A stretch of 64,000 nt of DNA from NCBI GenBank assembly GCA_038205615.1, contig JBBRBS010000001.1, positions 16,174 to 80,173 of the forward strand, read 5' to 3'. A program made the position numbers and the translations under genes. A model generated the notes under the pieces. That model ran no database searches. It had not been told where the DNA came from and saw only the letters and a list, made by a program, of their open reading frames with translations. Source of the stretch: Burkholderiales bacterium (GTDB lineage: Bacteria; Pseudomonadota; Gammaproteobacteria; Burkholderiales; Gallionellaceae). Position 1 is the first letter of the stretch; the number at the start of each line of letters is the position of its first letter. Shown here one piece after another: positions 1 through 10,380 of the stretch.

Positions 1-693
1 GTGCTGGAGCAGTTGAAAACGGCCGCCGAGACAGCAGGCATTGCCAATATCGATAGCGCGTTTCTTGACAATACGCTGGCGCAAAATCTGCGCCGTTTCG
101 ATAAGGGCGGCGAGGCGTTCTACGACCAGATCTCCGCGCTGCATAAATCGGTGCGCGGCTCTAATCCCGATGCGGCACTGTACTGGCTGGTGCGCATGCT
201 CGATGGCGGTGCGGATGCACGCTATATGGCACGGCGTATTGTGCGCATGGCCTGGGAAGATATCGGACTGGCAGATCCCCGCGCGATTCAACTTGCCAAT
301 GATGCGGCGCAAACCTATGAGCGTCTGGGTTCACCGGAAGGCGAGCTGGCGCTGGCGCAGGCGGTGATCTATCTGGCCTGTGCGCCCAAGTCGAATGCGG
401 GCTATGTCGCGTATAATGCCGCCCGCGCGTATGTAGCACAGGACGGTTCGCGCGAAGTGCCGTTACATTTGCGCAACGCACCGACCAAGTTGATGAAGCA
501 GCTCGATTACGGTCGCGACTACCGTTATGCACATGACGAAGCGGGCGGGTATGCGGCCGGCGAGAACTATTTTCCGGACGAAATGCCTGCGGTGAATTTT
601 TATCAGCCTACCGATCGCGGACTGGAAGGCAAAATTGCCGAAAAATTAACACGACTGCGCGAGCTGGATGCGGCAGCGAAAAAAGGACAATGA
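1..693 (+). CDS. rarA: Replication-associated recombination protein A (RarA/MgsA), C-terminal part; 5' end lies outside the window
   Basis: FDKGGEAFYDQISALHKSVRGS, EDIGLADP, VPLHLRNAPT, YRYAHD motifs; usual position upstream of serS. Confidence 0.95.
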   Translation: MLEQLKTAAETAGIANIDSAFLDNTLAQNLRRFDKGGEAFYDQISALHKSVRGSNPDAALYWLVRMLDGGADARYMARRIVRMAWEDIGLADPRAIQLANDAAQTYERLGSPEGELALAQAVIYLACAPKSNAGYVAYNAARAYVAQDGSREVPLHLRNAPTKLMKQLDYGRDYRYAHDEAGGYAAGENYFPDEMPAVNFYQPTDRGLEGKIAEKLTRLRELDAAAKKGQ

Positions 694-1992
<1,299 letters not shown>

Positions 1993-2009
1993 TCTTATAA
2001 AACGCACTC

Positions 2010-2212
2010 TGTCCACGAAACGCACGAACAAAAACATAAGTTTAGTTTTGAACTATTAACTAGCCATTTGTGTATAGCCTGAGCTTCTGTTTTTATTGAT
2101 TGTTTGGATTTTTGCGAGCTTTTGCAAAATGCAAAATGCCTGCTAAATTCGTTGCGTGACTTTGCGTGTTATTGCTTTAGGCAATATCCCTGCAAAAACC
2201 AATTCGTGGACA
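2010..2212. repeat. ~200 bp intergenic element bounded by 10-bp perfect inverted repeats (MITE-like)
   Basis: TGTCCACGAA (2010-2019) / TTCGTGGACA (2203-2212); internal motif GAGCTTTTGC..GCAAAATGCCTGC also at 60168-60207. Confidence 0.55.
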
Positions 2213-2224
2213 AAGATTTTAACT

Positions 2225-3694
2225 TTACTCGGACAAAGAATAGCTCGCCCCCGCCAGTTCGCTGCCCGGAATCACTTTTGATTTATGCGGTGTGTGCAAA
2301 GAGAAGGCTGGCTTGTCTCGTGTGCTGACCAGTTGGTAATCATGTGCCGGGGTGCTGCCCGTATCGCCGGTGAGTCTGGACAGCATGTCATAATACGCGC
2401 GGATGTTCTCGACGAAGATTACCGCCTCGCCGCCGCGCGCATAACCATGTTTAAGCGTCTCAAAATAAGCAGGATTGTTTAACGACGGCAGCCATTTTTT
2501 CACTTCTACCCAGCTGTCCGCATCGCCCCCCTTACGCTGCGTCAGGATGCGCGCATCTTCCATATGCCCCTGGCCCTGATTGTAGGCGGACAACGCCAGC
2601 CAGGTGCGCTCGGGTTCTTCGACGTGTGGCGGCAGCTGGCTTTTGATCAGCTCCAGATATTTTGCCCCTGCATTGATGCTTTGGCTGGCATCGAGTCTGT
2701 TGGTGACGTTCATCCGGTCGGCTGTCGCTTCAGTGAGCATCATCATGCCGCGCACGTTGGTAAACGAAGTGGCCAGCGGATCCCAGTGTGATTCCTGATA
2801 GGCGATCGCGGCAATCAATCGCCAGTCCTCGTTGACTGCACGGCCCGCCTTTTCGAACAGTGGCTGAAATTTGGGCAATGTCTTGCTGGTCTGTTCGATA
2901 AATTTTGCCGCATCCAGAGGCTCCAAGCGGTCATTGTGGCCATAGTAACGATCCAGCAGTTTGTGCAACTCGCCATTTTTCTGTATTTCAGCAAAGAATT
3001 GCTCGGTTTCGGCGATCAGTTCATTGTCTGCATCGGCCGGAAATGCCCAAGCGAGCTTGGAGGGTTTGCCGATGTCGAACGCGACAGCTAAATTGCTATA
3101 ATAATTAAGCATTTGCGAAATCTGTTCATGGTTGGCAATCGTGAAGTCCAGGCTGCCTTGCGCAACCTCTTTGAGCAGGTCTTCAACCGATTCTGTCGTG
3201 CGAGACTCCCAAGTCAGTTCCGGTATTTCTTCGCGAAGAGCGATCAGCGCTTTTTCATGATTTGATCCCGCGACGACGGCAATGCGTTTGCCGACGAGGT
3301 TGCTCAAACGGCGGGGCGCATCCTGGTCCTGGTTGAATGCCACCTGTTCGATCGCTGTTAAATAGCCAGGACCCAAAAGCAGGCCGCTGTTCTTTTGATC
3401 CAGCCTGAAGCCGGAGGCCGACAGATGTGCTTTGTGCTTGCGCAGCGTGGTTTCGATCTGATCGGCTGGATCCAGGATGATTTTCAGGGGAACGTAGAGG
3501 TGATCGGCGAACTGCTGTGCCAGTTGTTTGGAAAACTCTTCGTCCGAAAGCGTGGAGTCCTGTGCGATGACAACGATCAATTCCTCGTCGCTCCACGAAG
3601 CCAACGGCTTGTTTAAATGGGTATAGGCAAACAGCATCAGCGACAGAAATACGCCGATTTGAAATAATCTGATTAAAATTATATGTCTGCTCAT
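2225..3694 (-). CDS. mltF: Membrane-bound lytic murein transglycosylase F
   Basis: N-terminal TM, SBP_bac_3-like domain, SLT domain AYQESHWDP..RGMMMLT..AYNQG, GYARGGEAV; start chosen at ATG 3694. Confidence 0.93.
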   Translation of the reverse strand: MSRHIILIRLFQIGVFLSLMLFAYTHLNKPLASWSDEELIVVIAQDSTLSDEEFSKQLAQQFADHLYVPLKIILDPADQIETTLRKHKAHLSASGFRLDQKNSGLLLGPGYLTAIEQVAFNQDQDAPRRLSNLVGKRIAVVAGSNHEKALIALREEIPELTWESRTTESVEDLLKEVAQGSLDFTIANHEQISQMLNYYSNLAVAFDIGKPSKLAWAFPADADNELIAETEQFFAEIQKNGELHKLLDRYYGHNDRLEPLDAAKFIEQTSKTLPKFQPLFEKAGRAVNEDWRLIAAIAYQESHWDPLATSFTNVRGMMMLTEATADRMNVTNRLDASQSINAGAKYLELIKSQLPPHVEEPERTWLALSAYNQGQGHMEDARILTQRKGGDADSWVEVKKWLPSLNNPAYFETLKHGYARGGEAVIFVENIRAYYDMLSRLTGDTGSTPAHDYQLVSTRDKPAFSLHTPHKSKVIPGSELAGASYSLSE

Positions 3695-3742
3695 GACATC
3701 ATTCTGCACGAAATTGCCGGTATCTGGTAGAATTCGCATCCC

Positions 3743-3871
<129 letters not shown>

Positions 3872-4051
3872 GTGGAAGTGGTGGGTGAGAACCCTCTTGG
3901 GTTCGACCAGAAGTCTGACCAATAGGACGACGACGCAGGACGCACGAAGTGCGGTTCCTCGTTCTGCGACCAATCGGCACTGCCAGCGCAGGGAGCCGAA
4001 TGGCGAGTCTGTCGTTATAACTGCGACAGACGAGCAATCCCACATTCTTCC
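3872..4051. repeat. tRNA-linked repeat-like structured element
   Basis: Degenerate inverted copy of the tRNA 3' end (3871-3896, ends GAACCCTC), then GGGTTCGA (3899-3906) ... AATCCC (4036-4041) enclosing GC-rich hairpins. Confidence 0.6.
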
Positions 4052-4167
4052 TTTTTTTTGATCCTTCGCCTTAATGGACGTGAGGGATAAATAGCAACGG
4101 CTCGTCAGGAAAGCTCATTCGTCAGGCAAGCATATGCAAGTATTCTTTTGCGGTTTTCCTGTGCCAA

Positions 4168-4181
4168 TTGATGTACGTCAA
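4168..4181 (+). promoter_or_regulatory. FNR box upstream of ccoN (class II promoter geometry)
   Basis: TTGAT-GTAC-GTCAA (1 mismatch to TTGAT-N4-ATCAA); TAATAT -10 candidate at 4203-4208. Confidence 0.8.
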
Positions 4182-4410
4182 ATCAGAACAGGATTCATCG
4201 TTTAATATTTGCCTGTGCAATCGCTGGTAAAGCCTGAGTGTTCTGGGTGGGAATACGCGGCAGTTTGTCGCATTTTCTCTTTACTAAAACCTGATTGGTG
4301 TGCCATGATTGCGCAGCTTTTTTAAGCTGTAAGAAGAGGTGGGTTAATTGCTCGGCCATTACGAAGCAAATAACGCATTATTTTAAACTTTGCTCTTGGG
4401 AGGAGATACT

Positions 4411-5841
4411 GTGGAAGCTACGCAAGCGACACCAGTAAAGTATGACATGGATGTAGTCCGGTGGTTTACCATCGCGGCCGTTATCTATGCAGTAGTAGGT
4501 ACGTTGATCGGTGTGTATGTTGCATCGGAATTGGCGTTCCCGTTCTTGAACTTCGACATTCCTGAAATTACTTTCGGGCGTCTGCGTCCACTGCATACCA
4601 ATGCGGTGATTTTTGCGTTTGGTGGCTGTGTTTTGATGGCGACCGGTTTTTATATCGTGCAACGCACGGGCGCTACCAAGCTGTGGAGCAACACCTTGGC
4701 ATGGTTTACGTTCTGGGGTTGGAATCTGATCATTGTAAGTGCTGTTATTACCCTGCCATTGGGCTTGTCTCAAGGTAAGGAGTATGCAGAACTGCCATGG
4801 TGGGTTGATATCATGATTGCGGTTGTGTGGCTGTCTTATGGTCTGAATTACATCATGACGATCGGCATCCGCAAGACTTCACACATCTACGTGTCCAACT
4901 GGTTCACGATGGGTATGATCGTCATGATCACTTACCTGCACGTGGTTAACAGCTTGGCGATTCCAGTGGATTGGGCGACTTCGTACTCCATCTACTCTGG
5001 CGTTCAAGATGCGATGATTCAATGGTGGTGGGGTCATAACGCGGTGGGTTTCTATCTGACCGGCGGTTTCCTCGGTATCATGTACTACTTCATCCCTAAG
5101 CAATCTGGTCGTCCAGTGTTCTCGTATCGTCTGTCTGTTCTGCACTTCTGGACACTGACTTTCGGTTACGTATGGCTCGGCGCTCACCATCTGCAATACA
5201 CAGCGTTGCCTGACTGGACCGGTTCACTCGGTGCGGCTATTTCACTGGCGATGATCATCCCTTCATGGGGTGGTGCGATGAACGGTATGATGACTCTGTC
5301 CGGTGCATGGGACAAGCTGCGTACCGACTACATCCTGCGTTTCCTGGTAACAGCGATGGCGTTCTATGCAATGTCTACATTTGACGGCCCGGTTATGGCA
5401 ATCAAGTCTGTCAACGCATTGTCACATTACACTGACTGGACTGTTGGTCACGTTCACGCCGGTGCTCTGGGCTGGATGTCGATGATTTCCTTCGGTGCTC
5501 TGTACCACATGATCAAGAAATTGTGGAATACAGAAATGTATTCTGACAAGCTCGTGAACGTGCATTTCTGGGTTGCTCTGATTGGCGCTACAACTTATGT
5601 AGTTGCAATGTGGGTATCCGGCATCATGCAGGGTCTGATGTGGCGTGACTACGACGAATTCGGTACGTTGACCTACACCTTCGTTGAATCTGTATCTGCT
5701 ATGCATCCGTACTACGTGATGCGTGCTGTAGGCGGTGCGATCTTCAATCTGGGTACGTGGATCATGCTGTTCAACGTGGTGATGACTGTTCGTCAAGCTG
5801 GCGCTGTTCGCGGCGTAAACGCTGTCGCAGCTAAAGCATAA
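4411..5841 (+). CDS. ccoN: cbb3-type cytochrome c oxidase subunit I
   Basis: FGRLRPLHTNAVIFAFGG, QWWWGHNAVGF, YVWLGAHH, WTVGHVHAGALGW; GTG start at 4411 after GGAGGAG SD. Confidence 0.97.
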   Translation: MEATQATPVKYDMDVVRWFTIAAVIYAVVGTLIGVYVASELAFPFLNFDIPEITFGRLRPLHTNAVIFAFGGCVLMATGFYIVQRTGATKLWSNTLAWFTFWGWNLIIVSAVITLPLGLSQGKEYAELPWWVDIMIAVVWLSYGLNYIMTIGIRKTSHIYVSNWFTMGMIVMITYLHVVNSLAIPVDWATSYSIYSGVQDAMIQWWWGHNAVGFYLTGGFLGIMYYFIPKQSGRPVFSYRLSVLHFWTLTFGYVWLGAHHLQYTALPDWTGSLGAAISLAMIIPSWGGAMNGMMTLSGAWDKLRTDYILRFLVTAMAFYAMSTFDGPVMAIKSVNALSHYTDWTVGHVHAGALGWMSMISFGALYHMIKKLWNTEMYSDKLVNVHFWVALIGATTYVVAMWVSGIMQGLMWRDYDEFGTLTYTFVESVSAMHPYYVMRAVGGAIFNLGTWIMLFNVVMTVRQAGAVRGVNAVAAKA

Positions 5842-5854
5842 GGGGAGAGAAAAC

Positions 5855-6652
5855 ATGTCTGATCACGATAAATTTTATTCAACCAAGTTCCAGGACACGA
5901 TCGAACGCAAGACGTTGTTGATGTTCGTGCTGACAGCAATTGCGGTTGCGGTCGGCGGCATCGTGGAAATTGTGCCTTTGTTCTATCTGCCAAACACCGG
6001 TATGTCGGGTGGTGACGGTACGTTCAACGGTACGTCACACAAAGACCTGCAAGGCAATCCTATTCCTATGGACAAGATTGTCTGGAATCCAACTACCTCG
6101 GCTCACAAGACCCTGGCAGACTGGTTGCCAGGTGATGGCGTGCGTCCTTACACTGCGCTGGAAACAGCCGGCCGTCAGGTTTACATTCGCGAAGGCTGTT
6201 TCTTGTGCCATTCGCAGATGATTCGTCCGTTCCGCGATGAGAAAGACCGTTATGGTCACTACTCTATCGCTGAAGAGTCGATGTACGATCACACCTATCA
6301 GTGGGGTTCCAAGCGTACCGGTCCGGATATCGCTCGCGTAGGTGGAAAGTACTCCGATGAATGGCATCGCAAGCACTTGAAGTATCCGCGTGACGTGGTT
6401 CCTGAATCGGTCATGCCTAACTTCTTCTTCCTGGATAAGGCCCCAGTCGATGCGGTTAAGACAACCAAAACACTGGAAGTGATGACCAAGATGCCGTTCA
6501 ATCCTGTTCCTAAGACGATCTACACTGATGCCTACATTGCAGGCGCAGCTGAAGAAGTTAAGGGCAAGACAGAAATGGACGCAGTTATCGCTTATCTGCA
6601 ATCCTTGGGTAATCACGTGAAGTTTGAGGAAGGTGTCAACTACCGTGACTAA
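5855..6652 (+). CDS. ccoO: cbb3-type cytochrome c oxidase subunit II (with ~40 aa insertion)
   Basis: YIREGCFLCHSQMIRP, WGSKRTGPD, PESVMP motifs. Confidence 0.96.
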   Translation: MSDHDKFYSTKFQDTIERKTLLMFVLTAIAVAVGGIVEIVPLFYLPNTGMSGGDGTFNGTSHKDLQGNPIPMDKIVWNPTTSAHKTLADWLPGDGVRPYTALETAGRQVYIREGCFLCHSQMIRPFRDEKDRYGHYSIAEESMYDHTYQWGSKRTGPDIARVGGKYSDEWHRKHLKYPRDVVPESVMPNFFFLDKAPVDAVKTTKTLEVMTKMPFNPVPKTIYTDAYIAGAAEEVKGKTEMDAVIAYLQSLGNHVKFEEGVNYRD

Positions 6653-6656
6653 ACTG

Positions 6657-6857
6657 ATGGACTACCTGCACACGGACTGGGCATCCATGAGTGGCAACGA
6701 CTGGCAAGGTGTGTTTTTCACCGTAGCCGCATTTGTCGCGATGATTGTGGTCTATGTGATGGTGTTCAATCCTAAGAACAAGGATGCATTCGACTCGCAG
6801 AGCGATATGGCTCTGCGGGAAGAAGGCGAGTACAACAATTCAGGAGATAAAAAATGA
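6657..6857 (+). CDS. ccoQ: cbb3-type cytochrome c oxidase subunit IV (CcoQ)
   Basis: Single TM followed by PKNKDAFD; position between ccoO and ccoP. Confidence 0.88.
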   Translation: MDYLHTDWASMSGNDWQGVFFTVAAFVAMIVVYVMVFNPKNKDAFDSQSDMALREEGEYNNSGDKK

Positions 6858-7840
6858 GTGATAATCACAACTCCGCTGGTGGTGTGCCTACCACGGGGCA
6901 TGTATGGGATGATGATTTGGCGGATTATGTCAATCAGCCGCCGAAATGGTGGATGCTTGGTCTGACTGCAAGTGCGCTTTGGGTAGTGATTTACTGGATC
7001 ATGTATCCGGCTATCCCTTTTGCAATCAATGGTACTTACTTCAAGGGTGTTGGTTTGCCAGGTTCTGGCCAGTGGACTGCTATTAAAGAGTTGGCTGAAG
7101 ACCAGAAGGTCTTGGACGACGTGCGCAGGCCATACGAAGACAAACTGAAGACAATGACACCAGCTGCGATTCTGGCAGATGAAGAGTTGTCGAAGTATGT
7201 TGAACGTTCCGGCAAGGTGCTGTTCTCTGACAACTGTGGTGCTTGCCACGGTCAGAACGGTGTGGGTACTGAGCAGGTTGGTGCCAAGTTCGCAGTTCGC
7301 GAACAAGGCCTGATGGCTCCTCGTCTGAACGACGATGACTGGTTGTATGGCGGTAAGGTTGACGACATCCATACTACAATCACCGGTGGCCGCCAGGGCA
7401 TGATGGTTGCGCATAAGGATAGTTTGTCTGCACCGCAGATCGACGCAGTTGCCAAGTACGTTCTCGCGATGAGCGAAGGTCGTGGCGACACTGAAGCCGC
7501 TGGTAAGAAGGTGTTCATGGAAAGCGACTGTACTGCTTGCCACGGCGCCGATGCCAAGGGTATCCAGGCCATGGGTTCCGCCAATCTGACAGACAAAGTC
7601 TGGCGTTTTGACGGTTCTCTGGAAGGTATCAAGCAGACTATTACCTACGGTGTTAACTCAGGTGATGCCAATGCACGTGTAGCGATCATGCCTAACTTTA
7701 CAGCAGCAGGTAAGTTGTCTGCTGTAGAGATGAAGAAGCTGGCAGTTTACGTCTACAAGTTCGGTGGTGGTGAGAAGGAAGCAGTAGCAGCTCCAGCGGC
7801 AGTAGCTGTTGAAGCGGCACCTGCAGCTGAAGCCAAGTAA
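6854..7840 (+). CDS. ccoP: cbb3-type cytochrome c oxidase subunit III (diheme)
   Basis: TTGHVWDD, PPKWW, two CxxCH (CGACH, CTACH), APRLNDDDWLYGG. Confidence 0.96.
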   Translation: MSDNHNSAGGVPTTGHVWDDDLADYVNQPPKWWMLGLTASALWVVIYWIMYPAIPFAINGTYFKGVGLPGSGQWTAIKELAEDQKVLDDVRRPYEDKLKTMTPAAILADEELSKYVERSGKVLFSDNCGACHGQNGVGTEQVGAKFAVREQGLMAPRLNDDDWLYGGKVDDIHTTITGGRQGMMVAHKDSLSAPQIDAVAKYVLAMSEGRGDTEAAGKKVFMESDCTACHGADAKGIQAMGSANLTDKVWRFDGSLEGIKQTITYGVNSGDANARVAIMPNFTAAGKLSAVEMKKLAVYVYKFGGGEKEAVAAPAAVAVEAAPAAEAK

Positions 7841-7897
7841 ATCTCCGTTTTCCTGCGCGGGTTAAACCTGCGCAGGTTTTATGAAAGGAAAATAGAT

Positions 7898-8020
7898 ATG
7901 GGCCACGACTACGTATATTGGGCTTTGATGATTGGTACTGCCGGTGCTTTCAGCGCGTTGATTTTTGTGCTGGTCTGGTTGTTCAAGAACGCATTGACCA
8001 AGAAATCCGGCGAGAAGTAA
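7898..8020 (+). CDS. Unannotated 40-aa single-TM protein (candidate extra cbb3 subunit, CcoM-like position/size)
   Basis: MGHDYVYWALMIGTAGAFSALIFVLVWLFKNALTKKSGEK; AAAGGA SD, same GGT/GCT/AAG-rich codon bias as ccoNOP, followed by a terminator. Confidence 0.8.
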   Translation: MGHDYVYWALMIGTAGAFSALIFVLVWLFKNALTKKSGEK

Positions 8021-8035
8021 TCGCAGGGTTTTAAT

Positions 8036-8064
8036 AAAGGGGGAGGCTAGCCTCCTCCTTTTTT
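8036..8064 (+). terminator. Intrinsic terminator ending the ccoNOQP-smallORF unit
   Basis: AAAGGGGGAGGC-TA-GCCTCCTCCTTTTTT. Confidence 0.8.
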
Positions 8065-8181
8065 CATTGCTGTAACACAGGAATACGCTGAGTTAATTTT
8101 TCCGTCAGGAAGAGTTTGTTCGGAGCTTTCTTTATAAAAAAACCGGTTCGCCGGATTAAAACAAGATACCAGGAGCAGGGG

Positions 8182-9615
8182 ATGAGCGAACCAGTAAAAA
8201 AGTCGACTGAAGAAGTCGGTAGCGTAACGGGTATCTACAATGAGCATGAAGAGTGGAACGTCAATATGGGGGACAAGACGATTCATGCCAAGCGCATGCC
8301 GGGTCGATTCCGCACGCTGAAATACATCACCGAGTCATTCTGGCTGATCTTCTTCTTCGGCGCCTACTTGCGCTGGAATGGCAAACAAGCCCTCTTGCTC
8401 GATGTGAATAACCGCCAGTTTCACTTTTTCAATCTCACCATACTGCCGCAGGATATCTGGATGGTGTCACTGCTGCTTCTGCTGTTGGCGATGACCTTGT
8501 TTGCAGTAACTTCGGTCGCCTCTCGCGTGTTTTGCGGGTATTTCTGTTTTCAGACTGCCTGGGTTGATCTGTTTACCTGGATCGAAGAAAAAGTCGAAGG
8601 GAATCCCAACAAGCGTCATAAGCTGGATGCAGCCCCCTGGAGTGCTGACAAGATTCGCATGAAAGTGATCAAACACACCATCTGGCTGGTTATCTCGGTG
8701 TTGACAGGTATCAGTGCCACCATTTGGTTTGAAGATGCGTTCGTGTACTGGCACGATCTGTCACATTTCAACTTGTCGATGATTGAATGGACAACTTTGA
8801 TTGCCTTTACACTAGGTACTTATGGTCTCGCTGGATTCATGCGTGAACAGGCGTGCCTGTGGCTGTGCCCGTATGCGCGCATCCAGGCGGTAATGGCTGA
8901 TTCGCAAACCATACTGCCGGCCTACGATGTTGCCCGCGGTGAGCCACGCGGCAAATTGCGTCATGCAGGCAAAGTGGTCGAGCAGCAAGGTGATTGCATC
9001 GATTGCTACCAGTGTGTGCAAGTTTGCCCGACCGGCGTGGACATACGCGATGGCCAGCAACTGGGTTGTATAACCTGCGGCCTGTGTCTGGATGCATGCG
9101 ATTCGGTGATGGACAAGATTGGCAAACCTCGCGGTCTGATCAGGTATGCATCCCTCGATGAGCTGGAGGGGCGTCCGGTTAAAAAATTGTATCAGCATCC
9201 ACGAACATGGGTGTACGTGGGCATTTTGATGCTCGCCTTGGGTGGGATCATCTACGGTTTGAGCCATCTGGGAGCGCTGACCCTGCGGGTTGCGCCTGAA
9301 CGCCAGCCGCTGTTCGTGCGCATGAGTGACGGCTCGATTCAAAACAAATACACCTTCAAAGTGCTGAACAAGACCGATAAGGATTTGAATGTCAAAATCA
9401 GCGCAGAAGGCGGAATCAAGGGGCAAATTCTTGTCGATGCTGACAAGCCTCAATTGATTCATCATGGCAAAGCATCCGGATTCACGGTGTTCGTCAAAGC
9501 GCCTGAGGAAAATATCAACGGTGAAGTAACTAAATTGCAGTTCCGTGTGGAAAATACCGAAGATCCAACCATGGCCGCTGAATACAACACTGTATTTAAT
9601 GGTCCGAAGCGTTGA
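8182..9615 (+). CDS. ccoG: Cytochrome c oxidase accessory protein CcoG (4Fe-4S, cupric reductase family)
   Basis: FCGYFCFQT, CLWLCPY, CIDCYQCVQVCPTGVDIR, CITCGLCLDAC; ATG 8182 after AGGAG. Confidence 0.95.
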   Translation: MSEPVKKSTEEVGSVTGIYNEHEEWNVNMGDKTIHAKRMPGRFRTLKYITESFWLIFFFGAYLRWNGKQALLLDVNNRQFHFFNLTILPQDIWMVSLLLLLLAMTLFAVTSVASRVFCGYFCFQTAWVDLFTWIEEKVEGNPNKRHKLDAAPWSADKIRMKVIKHTIWLVISVLTGISATIWFEDAFVYWHDLSHFNLSMIEWTTLIAFTLGTYGLAGFMREQACLWLCPYARIQAVMADSQTILPAYDVARGEPRGKLRHAGKVVEQQGDCIDCYQCVQVCPTGVDIRDGQQLGCITCGLCLDACDSVMDKIGKPRGLIRYASLDELEGRPVKKLYQHPRTWVYVGILMLALGGIIYGLSHLGALTLRVAPERQPLFVRMSDGSIQNKYTFKVLNKTDKDLNVKISAEGGIKGQILVDADKPQLIHHGKASGFTVFVKAPEENINGEVTKLQFRVENTEDPTMAAEYNTVFNGPKR

Positions 9616-9687
9616 TCAATCGGGCATGTTTGGTATTTGGGTAATAATATCCGTTATGCCCGTTTTCTGATGATGCAACTAGCCATT

Positions 9688-9794
9688 CCACTTGGCAACC
9701 GTAAAACAGTTGCCAAGTGGCTGGTTATTTTCTCAGCTTTCTCCAGCGTGCGGGAGAAGCTGTAAACGTAACGCTCCGTGAGTTTTGTGTTTAA
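9688..9794 (+). repeat. Palindromic REP-like element (family with copies at 26973-27044 and 62974-63035)
   Basis: CCACTTGGCAAC..GTTGCCAAGTGG hairpin, then CTTTCTCC..GCGGGAGAAG..CGCTCCGTGAGTTTTGTGTTTAA. Confidence 0.55.
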
Positions 9795-9805
9795 CGAAAG
9801 GTTTG

Positions 9806-10369
9806 ATGATGATTTCTCAAAAAAATAGTAAGGGCTGGCGTAATCCATGGGTATTTGGCCTGCTGGCAATCATGTTGTCCGGTGTATTGATCAACGCGCG
9901 TTTTTTGTGGAATGTACTGAGTCATCCTGTGCGTGTGCTTGACGATAATTACAGCGTCAAGGCACACAATAAATACGATGCAAAATGGTTGCAGCAGCAG
10001 GCGGAGCGCTCCACGCTCGGCTGGAAGACCAGCTTGTATTCCTCTGAGCAGCTTCAAAATGACAGCAAGGCCAAAGCCGATGAGGCACGTTTCATTTTGA
10101 TGGCAAGTCCGGCAGATTTGAAGTTTGAGTTGCGTGATAACCAAGGGCAGCCGGTTAAAGGGGCTGTCGTGGAAATTAACGCACAGTGGCCTGGTGATCC
10201 TACATTCGATTTCAACGACTCTTTACATGAAACCACGCCGGGAAATTATGAAGGCAGCTTGAAGTTTTCAAGGGCGGGTAACTGGGATTTGCTGATCAGG
10301 GCGGAACGCGATGGCAGCCAATTTGATACGGAACAAAAGGTCTTTGTTGCGATTCCAAAACAGCATTGA
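9806..10369 (+). CDS. ccoH: FixH/CcoH family protein
   Basis: WRNPWV N-terminal TM, LGW motif, GNWDL; position between ccoG and ccoI. Confidence 0.85.
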   Translation: MMISQKNSKGWRNPWVFGLLAIMLSGVLINARFLWNVLSHPVRVLDDNYSVKAHNKYDAKWLQQQAERSTLGWKTSLYSSEQLQNDSKAKADEARFILMASPADLKFELRDNQGQPVKGAVVEINAQWPGDPTFDFNDSLHETTPGNYEGSLKFSRAGNWDLLIRAERDGSQFDTEQKVFVAIPKQH

Positions 10370-10380
10370 TAGAGCGTTGA

